From the sequence record SRR31156797_8491: DNA of 39,325 nucleotides; one strand, given 5' to 3'. Positions 9,616 through 21,065 of the stretch are shown piece after piece. Positions within the stretch are counted from its first letter, which is position 1. The number at the start of each line of letters is the position of its first letter. The position numbers were made by a program, and so were the translations under genes. The notes under the pieces are model-generated. The model was not told where the DNA came from and made no database searches. It saw nothing but the letters and a program-made list of their open reading frames with translations.

Positions 9616-9804
9616 TGCGGTCGAAGTATAGAGTGCTTGTTTTGCTCAGGGAGTGACTTGGCAAGGTTCTAGTCGGTAATATTTACTATTGCTTTTCTAA
9701 GTCGCTGTTTATAAATCGTTAAATTAATTGCTTTTTTTAAGGATTAACAAGCGAAGCAGGCCATTTGTCGTGTCCGAATTATTATAACAGTGAGAGTAGT
9801 AACC

Positions 9805-11397
9805 ATGCCGATGTCCCTTGGAAACGCTTTTATCAAGAATTTCCTAGGAAAAGCACCTGATTGGTACAAAGTTGCCATTATTGCCTTTCTTATTATTAAC
9901 CCTATCGTTTTCTTTTTTATCAACCCATTTGTTGCTGGTTGGCTTTTAGTTGTTGAGTTTATTTTTACTTTAGCAATGGCTCTAAAATGCTACCCTCTTC
10001 AGCCGGGTGGCTTACTCGCTATAGAAGCGATAGCCATTGGGATGACCAGCCCAGCCCAAGTCAAACATGAATTAGTTGCCAATATCGAAGTACTACTACT
10101 GTTAGTATTCATGGTAGCGGGTATTTACTTCATGAAGCACTTGCTGCTTTTCATCTTTACCAAGATACTGTTGGGAATCCGCTCCAAAGCGATGTTGTCC
10201 GTCGCCTTCTGTGTCACAGCAGCATTCTTATCCGCTTTCTTAGATGCGTTAACCGTTATTGCTGTGATTATCAGCGTTGCTGTTGGCTTCTACTCTATCT
10301 ACCATAAAGTGGCATCAGGACAGTCATTCCACTCATCACATGACCACACTCACGATGAGCACATACCTGAACTCACTCGTGATGACTTAGAAAACTACCG
10401 TGCTTTCTTACGTTCTCTGCTCATGCACGCTGGTGTTGGTACCGCGCTGGGTGGCGTTATGACCATGGTGGGTGAACCGCAAAACTTAATTATCGCAGAC
10501 CAAGCGGGTTGGTATTTCGGTGAGTTCTTAATTCGCATGTCGCCAGTGACTGTACCGGTTTTTATTTGTGGTATTATTACTTGTGTACTGGTAGAGAAAC
10601 TTAAAGTCTTTGGCTACGGCAGCACTCTACCGGCAAATGTTCGACAAATTCTCATCGACTTCGATTCAGAAGAGCGTAAGACCAGAACCAACCAAGATGT
10701 GGCGAAACTTTGGGTACAAGGTGCTATTGCGGTTTGGTTGATTGTTGGCCTTGCATTGCATCTGGCGGCTGTAGGCTTGATTGGTTTATCGGTCATTATT
10801 CTTGCGACCGCGTTTACCGGTGTTATTGAAGAGCACTCAATGGGTAAAGCGTTTGAAGAAGCACTGCCATTTACTGCCCTACTCGCTGTGTTCTTCTCCA
10901 TTGTTGCGGTGATCATTGACCAAAACTTGTTCAAACCAATCATTGATGCGGTTCTTCATATTGAAGACAGCGGTACACAGCTCGCCTTGTTCTACATTGC
11001 CAATGGTTTGCTGTCCATGGTGTCAGATAACGTGTTTGTGGGTACGGTTTACATCAACGAAGTGAAAGAAGCGATGGTAGAAGGCATGATTTCTCGTGAC
11101 CAGTTCGACCTATTAGCGGTAGCGATTAACACAGGTACTAACCTACCTTCAGTAGCGACACCAAATGGTCAGGCAGCCTTCTTATTCCTGCTAACTTCAG
11201 CATTAGCGCCTTTGATTCGTTTGTCGTATGGCCGCATGGTCGTCATGGCGCTTCCTTACACCATCGTTTTGAGTATTGTTGGTCTTATGGGCATTATCTT
11301 CCTCACAGAGCCAATGACGCATATTTTCTATGATTTAGGCTGGCTAACGCACCACGCAACAACAGAAGTGGGTAATTTTGTGCCTGAAAGCCATTAA
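9805..11397 (+). CDS. nhaB: Na+/H+ antiporter NhaB
   Basis: [16 protein letters not shown] and [19 protein letters not shown] motifs; fadR-nhaB-dsbB synteny. Confidence 0.96.
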   Translation: MPMSLGNAFIKNFLGKAPDWYKVAIIAFLIINPIVFFFINPFVAGWLLVVEFIFTLAMALKCYPLQPGGLLAIEAIAIGMTSPAQVKHELVANIEVLLLLVFMVAGIYFMKHLLLFIFTKILLGIRSKAMLSVAFCVTAAFLSAFLDALTVIAVIISVAVGFYSIYHKVASGQSFHSSHDHTHDEHIPELTRDDLENYRAFLRSLLMHAGVGTALGGVMTMVGEPQNLIIADQAGWYFGEFLIRMSPVTVPVFICGIITCVLVEKLKVFGYGSTLPANVRQILIDFDSEERKTRTNQDVAKLWVQGAIAVWLIVGLALHLAAVGLIGLSVIILATAFTGVIEEHSMGKAFEEALPFTALLAVFFSIVAVIIDQNLFKPIIDAVLHIEDSGTQLALFYIANGLLSMVSDNVFVGTVYINEVKEAMVEGMISRDQFDLLAVAINTGTNLPSVATPNGQAAFLFLLTSALAPLIRLSYGRMVVMALPYTIVLSIVGLMGIIFLTEPMTHIFYDLGWLTHHATTEVGNFVPESH

Positions 11398-11429
11398 AAA
11401 TTGCATTAAATAGGAAACTATTCCAAGAT

Positions 11430-11459
11430 AAAAAGCTCTGATATCTCAGAGCTTTTTTT
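11430..11459 (+). terminator. Intrinsic terminator after nhaB
   Basis: AAAAAGCTCTGA-TATC-TCAGAGCTTTTTTT. Confidence 0.8.
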
Positions 11460-11493
11460 GTTTGGGGCTACTTGGCCCAGTAAGGATACAACT

Positions 11494-12027
11494 GTGACTT
11501 TTTTTTCTTCTTTACACACTTTTTCTAAAACTCGTCTTTCATGGTTACTGCTGTTACTTTTTGTCGTGTTTTTTGAAGCGTGTGCCCTATTTTTTCAACA
11601 CGTTATGATGCTCGCGCCTTGTGTTATGTGTATTTATGAACGCATCGCTATGCTAGGCATCGGTGGCGCAGCTGTGGTCGGGCTTATCGCACCGAATAAC
11701 CCAATCTTCCGCTGGTTAGGACTGGCAGGCTGGGGCTACAGTGCATATCGAGGTTTGATGTTGTCGTTACAGCATGTGGATTATCAATTTAACCCTTCAC
11801 CTTTTGCGACTTGTGATGTGTTTGTAACACTTCCAAGCTGGGCGCCGTTAAACCAGTGGATGCCTTGGATGTTTGAAGCTTATGGTGATTGCAGCAAAAT
11901 TGTTTGGCAATTCTTAACCTTGTCGATGCCACAATGGTTAGTGGTCATTTTTGCAGGGAACCTATTGGTATTAGCATTTATCGTCATCTCTCAGTTTTTT
12001 AAAACTCAACGTCGTTACTTTAGCTAA
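11494..12027 (+). CDS. dsbB: Disulfide bond formation protein DsbB
   Basis: PCVMCIYER motif plus second Cys pair (FATCD, GDCS); four TM helices; GTG start behind AAGGA. Confidence 0.95.
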   Translation: MTFFSSLHTFSKTRLSWLLLLLFVVFFEACALFFQHVMMLAPCVMCIYERIAMLGIGGAAVVGLIAPNNPIFRWLGLAGWGYSAYRGLMLSLQHVDYQFNPSPFATCDVFVTLPSWAPLNQWMPWMFEAYGDCSKIVWQFLTLSMPQWLVVIFAGNLLVLAFIVISQFFKTQRRYFS

Positions 12028-12045
12028 TCCTCGTCACCTTCAAGC

Positions 12046-12080
12046 AAAGAAAAGGCGCCTTCTATTGGCGCCTTTTCTTT
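12046..12080. terminator. Bidirectional terminator between dsbB and ftsK
   Basis: 14-bp perfect inverted repeat AAAGAAAAGGCGCC/GGCGCCTTTTCTTT. Confidence 0.9.
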
Positions 12081-12101
12081 ATCTGTCGTGTCAAATAAAC
12101 A

Positions 12102-14924
12102 CTATTCTCTAATTGGAGCTGGAGCTAACACCTCGCGGTTGCCGTTGTGCCCTGGAGCACTAACAATCCCCTGAGCTTCTAACTGCTCTACAATTCGCGC
12201 CGCGCGGTTATAGCCAATTTTAAATCGACGTTGAACACCCGACACGGAGCCACGACGTGTTTCTACTACGTGTTCTACAACCTGATCAAACAATGGATCG
12301 ACGTCTTCATCACCTTCCATTTTTTCGCCCGGTAGCATCATCTCTGGGCTTTGATCACCACTGATAATATCACTGATATAGTTTGGCTTACCTCGGGCTT
12401 TCCAGTTGTTTACCACCGCATGCACATCATCGTCCGAAGCAAACGCACCATGAACACGTACCGTATGGCTAGAACCTGGTGGTAAGTAAAGCATGTCACC
12501 CATACCCAACAGTGATTCAGCACCACCCTGATCCAAGATAGTACGGGAATCGGTTTTCGTTGAAACCGTAAACGCGACTCGCGTTGGGATATTTGCTTTG
12601 ATCAAACCGGTAATAACATCCACCGAAGGACGTTGAGTCGCCAGAATTAAGTGAATACCTGCCGCACGCGCTTTTTGCGCCAGGCGGGCAATCAACTCTT
12701 CTACTTTCTTACCCACCACCATCATCAGGTCGGCAAATTCATCGACAACCACAACGATATAAGGCAGTTTTTCAAGCAGTGGTGGTTCCGGATCCATGCT
12801 GTCTCCCTCTCGCCAGAGAGGGTCGTGAATCGGGTGACCAGCTTCAGCCGCCATTTTCAGCTTATCGTTAAAGCCCTTAATGTTACGAACACCCAGAGCC
12901 GACATCAGTTTATAACGACGTTCCATTTCACCGACACACCAACGCAGCGCGTTAGAAGCGTCTTTCATATCCGTTACAACTTCTGACAGAAGATGAGGAA
13001 TACCTTCGTAAATTGAAAGCTCCAGCATTTTCGGGTCAATCATGATAAAGCGCACGTCTTCAGGAGTAGACTTATACAACATACTCAAAATCATGACGTT
13101 CACACCGACCGACTTACCTGACCCCGTGGTACCCGCCACTAACACGTGAGGCATTTTAGCCAGGTCAGCCACCACGGCATCACCCGCAATATCTTGTCCC
13201 AAAACAACCGTTGTTGGCGATTTAGAATCTTTAAACTGAGGGCTATTAATCACATCTGAAAGATAAACGGTTTGGCGACTCATATTCGGTAGCTCTAAGC
13301 CGACATACGGTTTACCGGGAATAACTTCTACCACACGCACAGCCATTGCGGACAGAGAGCGTGCTAAATCCATCGACAAGCTAGAAATACGGCTTACCTT
13401 AACCCCAGGAGCCAAATCTAACTCAAAGCGCGTAATAACCGGTCCTGGAAAGATATCGACAACTTCTGCCTGAATTTTATAATCCGCTAATTTCGCTTCA
13501 ACCAAGCGAGCAATTTCTTCCAGCGCATCCCTATCAATAAAGTTTTCACGCTTTTCAGGATGGTAGAGCAGTTCAAGCGTTGGCATTGGCTCGGCAGGTT
13601 TGGGCAAATTCACATCTTTTTGCACCAAAAATGGATTCTGTTTGCCAGCCATATTTTCCTGGGCTTCAGAAACCAGACTCTGGAATGCAGCAACATCTGT
13701 ATCTTCGTCACGCTCTTCGGCATCAGACGCAGACAGTTGTTCACTATCAGTCTGAGTTTCGTCATCCTCATCGTCTAACACATCCAGATTCGAGATTGTT
13801 GGCTCAATAAGACCATCTTCATGATCAACATCGACAGACTCAATAACTTGTTCCAACTGAACAGGATCAACCGTAGGCTCTTCGACTTCTATCGCGTCAA
13901 CTGGCTCTGTCGGTTGTTTCTCAGCTTGCACTTGTTCAGCTTGCGTCTGTTCCTCTTGTGCAAAGTCATCCGACTGAAGCGCTTCCATTTCTAACTCTTC
14001 AATCGTCGCTGTAAGCTGCTTGCTGCGAGCTGGAGAATCCTCTTCTTGCTCTTCATAATGGTACAAAGGTGTTTGGATGGTTTCTTCCGGCGCTTCGCTC
14101 ACTACCTCTTCTTTAGGCATGTGAATATTAAAGCGTCTTGCTTGTGTTGGCTCTGATGACTGCGCTTCTTGCTCATTTGAAACGAACGGCGTTTTCTCTT
14201 CTTCTAACTCTGGCGTATCCGTAATGGGTTCAACCACAGCAGGTGACATCAATTGAGGCTCTACAATCTCATCCTTTTGGCCACGCATACGATTAAGTAA
14301 CCAATGAAAAGCTGAAATAGTGGCTTCACCCAATCTTTCAACAATACTTAGCCAAGAGATGCCGGTTAACAGCGTAAAACCAGCCCCCCATAAAAACAAC
14401 AATACTAGCGTTGTACCAAGTACATTCAATGTAGGTAAAGCCAAGCTGGTAAGCACATCACCAACGACACCACCAGATGAGAAATACCAGATATCATCGA
14501 AATTTATATCGGCAAGGCCACAACTGGTCAGTAGTAAAACGACCAGCCCGAGTAAACGCGTTCCCCACAACATGAAATCGATGGGTTCGTCTTCACTGCG
14601 ATTACGCAGCACAATCCAGGCAACGGCCGTTAAGATGATAGGCAGTGGGTAGGCGAGAGAGCCAAATATGAAAAACAGCGTATCTGCCACCCAGGCACCA
14701 ACGATACCGCCGCTGTTTTGAATGTCTGTGCCCCATGCAGTCTGGGACCAAGAAGGATCAGCAGGGCTGAAAGTAAATAGAGCGACAGCCAACAGAATTG
14801 AGACTAAAACGGCCAGAATGAGTCCACACTCTTTAAGTCTTTGAGCACCAGTCAAACGAGGAGAGGCCAACTCTTCACTTGTCTTAATAATAGTCTCGAC
14901 TTTATTTTTGTTCTCTTTGAACAT
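12102..14924 (-). CDS. ftsK: DNA translocase FtsK
   Basis: N-terminal 4TM domain, acidic linker, Walker [19 protein letters not shown] and gamma domain IGYNRAAR. Confidence 0.97.
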   Translation of the reverse strand: MFKENKNKVETIIKTSEELASPRLTGAQRLKECGLILAVLVSILLAVALFTFSPADPSWSQTAWGTDIQNSGGIVGAWVADTLFFIFGSLAYPLPIILTAVAWIVLRNRSEDEPIDFMLWGTRLLGLVVLLLTSCGLADINFDDIWYFSSGGVVGDVLTSLALPTLNVLGTTLVLLFLWGAGFTLLTGISWLSIVERLGEATISAFHWLLNRMRGQKDEIVEPQLMSPAVVEPITDTPELEEEKTPFVSNEQEAQSSEPTQARRFNIHMPKEEVVSEAPEETIQTPLYHYEEQEEDSPARSKQLTATIEELEMEALQSDDFAQEEQTQAEQVQAEKQPTEPVDAIEVEEPTVDPVQLEQVIESVDVDHEDGLIEPTISNLDVLDDEDDETQTDSEQLSASDAEERDEDTDVAAFQSLVSEAQENMAGKQNPFLVQKDVNLPKPAEPMPTLELLYHPEKRENFIDRDALEEIARLVEAKLADYKIQAEVVDIFPGPVITRFELDLAPGVKVSRISSLSMDLARSLSAMAVRVVEVIPGKPYVGLELPNMSRQTVYLSDVINSPQFKDSKSPTTVVLGQDIAGDAVVADLAKMPHVLVAGTTGSGKSVGVNVMILSMLYKSTPEDVRFIMIDPKMLELSIYEGIPHLLSEVVTDMKDASNALRWCVGEMERRYKLMSALGVRNIKGFNDKLKMAAEAGHPIHDPLWREGDSMDPEPPLLEKLPYIVVVVDEFADLMMVVGKKVEELIARLAQKARAAGIHLILATQRPSVDVITGLIKANIPTRVAFTVSTKTDSRTILDQGGAESLLGMGDMLYLPPGSSHTVRVHGAFASDDDVHAVVNNWKARGKPNYISDIISGDQSPEMMLPGEKMEGDEDVDPLFDQVVEHVVETRRGSVSGVQRRFKIGYNRAARIVEQLEAQGIVSAPGHNGNREVLAPAPIRE

Positions 14925-14985
14925 AAACCAACTTGATTATGATTATCGCCAGCGTGAGTAACACTATACTCACATTGGAACAGTG

Positions 14986-15021
14986 AAAACAGTCCGAGCG
15001 GCAAAAGCCGCTCGGTTTGTT
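14986..15021 (-). terminator. Strong hairpin between lrp and ftsK (probable lrp terminator or attenuator)
   Basis: 9-bp GC-rich stem CCGAGCGGC/GCCGCTCGG followed on the minus strand by ACTGTTTT. Confidence 0.6.
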
Positions 15022-15109
15022 AGATGATTTAACCATATCAAGGTCAAAAACCCAATTAACTAAAGTCAGAATGTGGCAAGAAATACCACAATTCAGCATT
15101 TAGGGTCTG

Positions 15110-15604
15110 TTATCGGGTTTTGATGACTAACTGATTGGTTTGTTTCACTTCTTCCATAACTACGTAGGTACGCGTGTCGTTTACACCTGGTAAGCGCAAC
15201 AGAGTATCGCCAAGCAGTTTACGGTAAGCACCCATGTCTGATACACGAGTTTTTAACAAGTAGTCGAAGTCACCCGAAACTAAGTGACATTCTTGAATAT
15301 CATCCAGTTTTTGCACTGCTGTATTGAACTGCTCAAATACATCAGGTGCTCCACGGTTTAGTGTAATTTCAACAAATACCAACAGCGAAGCGTCGAGGTA
15401 TTGAGGGTTTAGCAACGCAGTATAACCTGTGATGTAGCCCTGACGCTCTAAACGACGTACACGCTCTAAACATGGTGTTGGAGATAAACCCACACGTTTA
15501 GATAATTCTACGTTCGAAATACGACCATCTTTCTGCAACTCATTCAATATGTTGCGGTCGATACGGTCTAGATCCTTGGACGGCCTTTTATAGTTGTCTG
15601 CCAT
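15110..15604 (-). CDS. lrp: Leucine-responsive regulatory protein Lrp
   Basis: KDLDRIDRNILNELQKDGRISNVELSKRVGLSPTPCLERVRRLE; lrp-ftsK synteny. Confidence 0.98.
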   Translation of the reverse strand: MADNYKRPSKDLDRIDRNILNELQKDGRISNVELSKRVGLSPTPCLERVRRLERQGYITGYTALLNPQYLDASLLVFVEITLNRGAPDVFEQFNTAVQKLDDIQECHLVSGDFDYLLKTRVSDMGAYRKLLGDTLLRLPGVNDTRTYVVMEEVKQTNQLVIKTR

Positions 15605-15761
15605 TTTTATATTCCACCTTTATTACTTCCTTGCAAAAAATATACTACAACTTTTTAATATGCAGTTTCAAATCTTAAACAATAGTGCATATACTAGCAA
15701 TAAACTCGTCAAAGCAACTCAAGATATAGTCAATACAACCAAGTTAGACTAAGGAGTCAGG

Positions 15762-16886
15762 ATGATCATTGGCGTTCCAAAAGAAATCAAAAACCACGAA
15801 TATCGCGTTGGTATGATCCCTTCAAGCGTGAGAGAGCTTATCTCTCACGGTCACCAAGTGTTCGTAGAAACTAATGCCGGAGGTGGCATCGGTTTTTCGG
15901 ACGATGATTACATTACCGCAGGCGCATCCATTCTTCCCACCGCTGCAGACGTTTTTGCGCAAGCAGAGATGATTGTAAAGGTAAAAGAACCTCAAGCTAC
16001 TGAACGAGCATTACTCAAAGAAGGGCAAATATTATTTACTTATTTACACCTAGCCCCCGATTTTGCACAAACTGAAGAGCTAATCAAGAGCAAAGCTGTC
16101 TGTATAGCATATGAGACTGTAACAGATAATATGGGTCGCTTACCACTATTAGCACCAATGTCTGAAGTTGCTGGTAGAATGTCTATTCAATCGGGTGCAT
16201 TAGCATTAGAAAAATCTAAAGGTGGCAGCGGTTTATTACTCGGCGGTGTTCCTGGGGTTTCGCCTGCTAAAGTGGTCATTCTGGGTGGCGGAGTCGTAGG
16301 TGCCAATGCCGCGCGGATGGCGGTAGGACTCCGAGCCGATGTGACCATATTAGATCGCAACTTGGATACTTTACGCCGCCTTGACGAAGAGTTCCAAGGA
16401 AGAGCGAAAGTGGTCTATTCGACCGAAGACAGCATCGAACAACATGTGGTCAACGCAGATTTAGTCATTGGCGCGGTCCTCATCCCCGGCGCTGCTGCTC
16501 CCAAGCTAGTAACAAAAACTCATATTGAAAAAATGCGAGCAGGCTCTGCCGTCGTCGATGTTGCGATTGACCAAGGTGGTTGTTTCGAAACATCTCATGC
16601 CACCACACATGACTCTCCAACCTATATAGTGGATGACATCGTGCATTACTGTGTGGCCAATATGCCAGGTGCGGTAGCGCGTACTTCTACCTTTGCCCTC
16701 AACAATGCCACACTGCCTTATATCGTTAAGCTGGCAAACAAAGGGTACCGTCACGCTTTGCTTGAAGATGAAGGTCTGCTCAAAGGTTTAAACGTTATAC
16801 ATGGTGTCGTCACACTCGAAGAAGTGGCGAAAGGTTTTAACTTAGAGTACGTTGCCGCTAAAGATGCGATAGCAATGTTTAACTAG
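15762..16886 (+). CDS. ald: Alanine dehydrogenase
   Basis: [38 protein letters not shown] and YCVANMPG motifs. Confidence 0.97.
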   Translation: MIIGVPKEIKNHEYRVGMIPSSVRELISHGHQVFVETNAGGGIGFSDDDYITAGASILPTAADVFAQAEMIVKVKEPQATERALLKEGQILFTYLHLAPDFAQTEELIKSKAVCIAYETVTDNMGRLPLLAPMSEVAGRMSIQSGALALEKSKGGSGLLLGGVPGVSPAKVVILGGGVVGANAARMAVGLRADVTILDRNLDTLRRLDEEFQGRAKVVYSTEDSIEQHVVNADLVIGAVLIPGAAAPKLVTKTHIEKMRAGSAVVDVAIDQGGCFETSHATTHDSPTYIVDDIVHYCVANMPGAVARTSTFALNNATLPYIVKLANKGYRHALLEDEGLLKGLNVIHGVVTLEEVAKGFNLEYVAAKDAIAMFN

Positions 16887-16895
16887 TTAGACGAG

Positions 16896-16930
16896 ACACA
16901 ACCCGCTATGGCTAAGTTGGCGAGTTGTGT
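16896..16930. terminator. Hairpin between the convergent ald and methyltransferase genes
   Basis: Imperfect stem ACACAACCCGC...GCGAGTTGTGT fills the gap between the two stops; no clear U-tract. Confidence 0.5.
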
Positions 16931-18130
16931 CTAATTCGAATTTCGAATGGCGTGAACCAGAATATTTCTCGGTGTGACCTCGCGTGAACAAAACTCACTT
17001 AATTCCACACGGTAGCCGCGTTCTTCGAGAAACATCGCTTTATCCATCACCAGCCACATTTCTAAAAGACGACGAAAACCTTGCTGAATCAAGCTTAAAC
17101 GTTCCATTTGCCAAAAACGCTCGATACCCACACTTTCATAGTGAGAGAAGTCACTATCGGGTAAATCAAATTGTTTTTGTTCTGCCGCCCAAACACAAAA
17201 GGCACTAAAGCCCTCACTTAACAATGATTTCTTAATACTTGGTATCGGACAGTATTGTTCCATCCCCAGTTGCTCTCTCAACAATGCATCTAAACCTAAT
17301 CGAAAGCTCATCTCCTGTTGACGATGACGTTTCACTCGCTCTCCTCCAGTCACCGTTTCCTGTAACGGGATTCTCAGCTCCGTTTTAGAAAGCGTTAAAC
17401 CCGAGTTTTTACCCAACTGAGACTGAGGCTGATATTGCTCTGATTCAATTAAATGGTAGCAACAAGGAGAAAAACTGACAGCACAACTGTTAGCCTTGGT
17501 CGCGTAATGCATTAATCGTACATGTAAGTCACCACAAGCATGAAGTGCAACGGCGTGTTGATGAGAATGAAACAACGCCTGGCTCTTCGAACAAAATGCG
17601 TCGCCCTGAACAAACCTCATAGGTAGAGAAAGAGAATTTGCGTCTTTTTGCCCCTCTTCACAAAGCTGTTGCTGGTACTCGAAACTCACTACAGGAGTCT
17701 TTGAATAGAACGACAAAACACGCCCTAAGTAACCTTTGCCGGAACACCACTCTAGCCACTCGGAACCCTGTTGACGGTTTATGGCGGATTGCCCTAACGC
17801 CTGAATCTGAGTCAATTTACGTCCGGGGATCCCGGTTTCTAAACTGAGGTTGCGCTCAAGTGTCAATGACTCACTACGAGGGATCTGGATAGTTTGAGTG
17901 ATAACATCAAGCTCGGGCACAAAGCCACTGAGCTCTTCAATCAACTGATTAGGGTGTTGTTTGAGCGTCTCGATTTGCGTAATGGTTAAATGGCTTAACC
18001 AGTTCTGCAAAGGTAAGGAATCGACAGGCCAATTAAAAGCCCCTTTTCTGCTACAGTGAAAAGGCTCAAACCGCCACAGGGGCTGATGCTTTAATAGAAA
18101 CGTATCGAGCTTTTGAAAAGTAGATTGCAT
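16931..18130 (-). CDS. Putative SAM-dependent methyltransferase (Methyltransf_32 / METTL25-like)
   Basis: EWCSGKGYLG motif I, ALHACGDLH, PCCYH and C-terminal TPRN. Confidence 0.8.
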   Translation of the reverse strand: MQSTFQKLDTFLLKHQPLWRFEPFHCSRKGAFNWPVDSLPLQNWLSHLTITQIETLKQHPNQLIEELSGFVPELDVITQTIQIPRSESLTLERNLSLETGIPGRKLTQIQALGQSAINRQQGSEWLEWCSGKGYLGRVLSFYSKTPVVSFEYQQQLCEEGQKDANSLSLPMRFVQGDAFCSKSQALFHSHQHAVALHACGDLHVRLMHYATKANSCAVSFSPCCYHLIESEQYQPQSQLGKNSGLTLSKTELRIPLQETVTGGERVKRHRQQEMSFRLGLDALLREQLGMEQYCPIPSIKKSLLSEGFSAFCVWAAEQKQFDLPDSDFSHYESVGIERFWQMERLSLIQQGFRRLLEMWLVMDKAMFLEERGYRVELSEFCSREVTPRNILVHAIRNSN

Positions 18131-18136
18131 GAGATT

Positions 18137-18162
18137 CCCCTAAACTAGCGCTAGTTTAGGGG
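18137..18162. promoter_or_regulatory. Perfect 26-bp palindrome overlapping the methyltransferase RBS
   Basis: CCCCTAAACTAGC|GCTAGTTTAGGGG; on the minus strand the arm ends AGGGG, 6 nt before the ATG. Confidence 0.6.
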
Positions 18163-18184
18163 GGACAGGAAAGAAGTGAAAGGT

Positions 18185-19219
<1,035 letters not shown>

Positions 19220-19222
19220 TTA

Positions 19223-19251
19223 TATACCCAAGTATCCCTAAGATGCAAGTT
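19223..19251 (+). repeat. Single-end remnant of the TATAC-terminus miniature element
   Basis: TATACCCAAGTATCCCTAAGATGCAAGTT matches the reverse complement of the 4704 end at 22 of 29 positions. Confidence 0.6.
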
Positions 19252-19463
19252 AGATCAGCCTTGGACAAAGGGTTGATCGTAAAAAATAGGGATGTTTTTT
19301 GTCGTTACGGCACTATTATTCTTATACCGCTTACTTTTACATGCGATAAATCATTTTTTGCTTCAAAAAAGCAATAATGAAATTAGTAAAATTGTAGGTG
19401 TAATGATAAGTTAGAGTGCTATAAGCTGTTTTGTAGCCATTGAAAGATAAAGACACGGAATTT

Positions 19464-20228
19464 ATGAATATTGGTTTAATTATTGCCCTAGTCGCTATTC
19501 TCCTTATTTTAGTCCTAGGCTATAACATTATGCTGCAATATAAGGTCAAGGTTGAATCTGCACGTAAGCAAGAATCATCAAAGTATCTGGCGATGATTGA
19601 TGCAACCGAAGATCTTATCGGCAACGCTCACCACATGCCTTTTAGTAAAGAACTACTGCTTTGCTTAAACACACGTATTTTAGACTGTTTAGAAAACATG
19701 TATGAGTTAGACCCTAAAAATAAACAGTTAGCTCAGCGTATTGAGCATATGAAAGGACAAATTAGGCACCTGCAAGAAAATCACCCAGGCGGTGACAGTA
19801 CTGCTTTCAGAGTACCAAGCAGTGATAAGCAAGCGATTGTCATGCTTAAACTGGTAAAACGTTTACGAGACACAATCAAAAGCGAACACAATAAAGGGCG
19901 TTTTGAAACGCAAGCTTACGTAGCAGAAAATTCCCGTTTAGAAAGCATTCAAATTCGCATCAACATTGAAAACGTGATTAAGCGAGCCAATGACTCCATC
20001 ATTCGCGGCCAGCCAGGTACGGCTGTCCAGTTGTTGCGTAAAGGCTTAGACGTACTGAGTACAAAGAACGATAACTACTCCAACCAAGCTCGTGAAAAAT
20101 TACAGCAAATGTATGACGAGCTGGAAAATAAGCGCCAACAGAAAAGCGCTACCGAGCTTCAAGAGATCGAAGAAAAAGAGCGTAACAATGATATGGAAGC
20201 TCTCTTCGGCGAAAAGAAAAAGTGGTAG
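19464..20228 (+). CDS. Single-pass membrane protein, probable flagellar motor switching factor (ZomB/MotV-like)
   Basis: N-terminal TM helix, helical/TPR-like cytoplasmic body and C-terminal KKKW; position between cysB and miaE as I recall for VC1909 (motV); name is from recall only. Confidence 0.6.
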   Translation: MNIGLIIALVAILLILVLGYNIMLQYKVKVESARKQESSKYLAMIDATEDLIGNAHHMPFSKELLLCLNTRILDCLENMYELDPKNKQLAQRIEHMKGQIRHLQENHPGGDSTAFRVPSSDKQAIVMLKLVKRLRDTIKSEHNKGRFETQAYVAENSRLESIQIRINIENVIKRANDSIIRGQPGTAVQLLRKGLDVLSTKNDNYSNQAREKLQQMYDELENKRQQKSATELQEIEEKERNNDMEALFGEKKKW

Positions 20229-20257
20229 TATTTACCCAGACTGTATGCCAATCCAAC

Positions 20258-20281
20258 AAGGCTGCTTAGGCAGCCTTTTTT
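20258..20281 (+). terminator. Intrinsic terminator after the zomB-like gene
   Basis: AAGGCTGC-TTAG-GCAGCCTT followed by a T-run. Confidence 0.75.
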
Positions 20282-20293
20282 ATTATTACCATT

Positions 20294-21064
20294 ATGACTC
20301 AACAACAAACCTTCCAAACACTACTAGACCCTATTCATCAATTTTTACAATGCTCAACACCCGACGCGTGGATAGATGAAGCAAAAAAACCACAAAATCT
20401 TTCTAGGATTCTGCGTGACCACCTTTTATGTGAGTTGAAAGCAGCTCAGAGTGCGGTGTTTCTATTAAAACGTTACGCGCTGACTGATGATGGAAAAGAG
20501 CAAATCTCACAGCTAGTAAAGCCGTATGAGGAGTTTGCTTACAAAGGGATAGGTAACCTTGAATCACTAAAAGGGAAAAGCAACGTATCGAAGTCCATTC
20601 AGCCCAAAGTTGAATGTAGCTATGGCCAAGATATGATCGAAAAAATGGTGCTCCTTATCAAAGAAGAGCTGCATCATTTCTACCAAGTGTTAGAAATCAT
20701 AGAGCAACAGGGCTTAGAATATCGTCCAATTACCGCAAGTCGTTACGCAAAAGGGATGATCAAACACGTACGTACTTTTGAACCTGAAGCATTAATCGAT
20801 AAACTCATTATAGGCGCATTTATTGAAGCCAGATCTTGTGAACGCTTCGCCAAACTCGCCCCCCACCTAGAAGAGTCGATTCAAAAATTTTATATCTCTC
20901 TACTGCGTTCAGAGGCTCGCCATTATCAAGATTACCTAGCGCTTGCACAGCAGATATCAACCACTGATATTTCACACCGCGTGCAGTACTTCGCTCAAGT
21001 CGAAGCGGAACTGATTTCATCCAGCGATACCGAATTTCGGTTTCATTCCGGCTCCCCTATATAA
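20294..21064 (+). CDS. miaE: tRNA ms2i6A37 hydroxylase MiaE
   Basis: Di-iron ligand motifs DHLLCELKAAQ, EELHHF, EARSCERF and SEARHY. Confidence 0.93.
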   Translation: MTQQQTFQTLLDPIHQFLQCSTPDAWIDEAKKPQNLSRILRDHLLCELKAAQSAVFLLKRYALTDDGKEQISQLVKPYEEFAYKGIGNLESLKGKSNVSKSIQPKVECSYGQDMIEKMVLLIKEELHHFYQVLEIIEQQGLEYRPITASRYAKGMIKHVRTFEPEALIDKLIIGAFIEARSCERFAKLAPHLEESIQKFYISLLRSEARHYQDYLALAQQISTTDISHRVQYFAQVEAELISSSDTEFRFHSGSPI

Positions 21065-21065
21065 G

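Noticed and set aside
13650-14250. Low-complexity acidic stretch in ftsK as a repeat or insertion
   Set aside because: Normal variable FtsK linker; in frame and without a true tandem DNA repeat
14902-15099. 65-aa ORF between lrp and ftsK
   Set aside because: Runs through a terminator-like hairpin, overlaps the ftsK start out of frame, and has no SD
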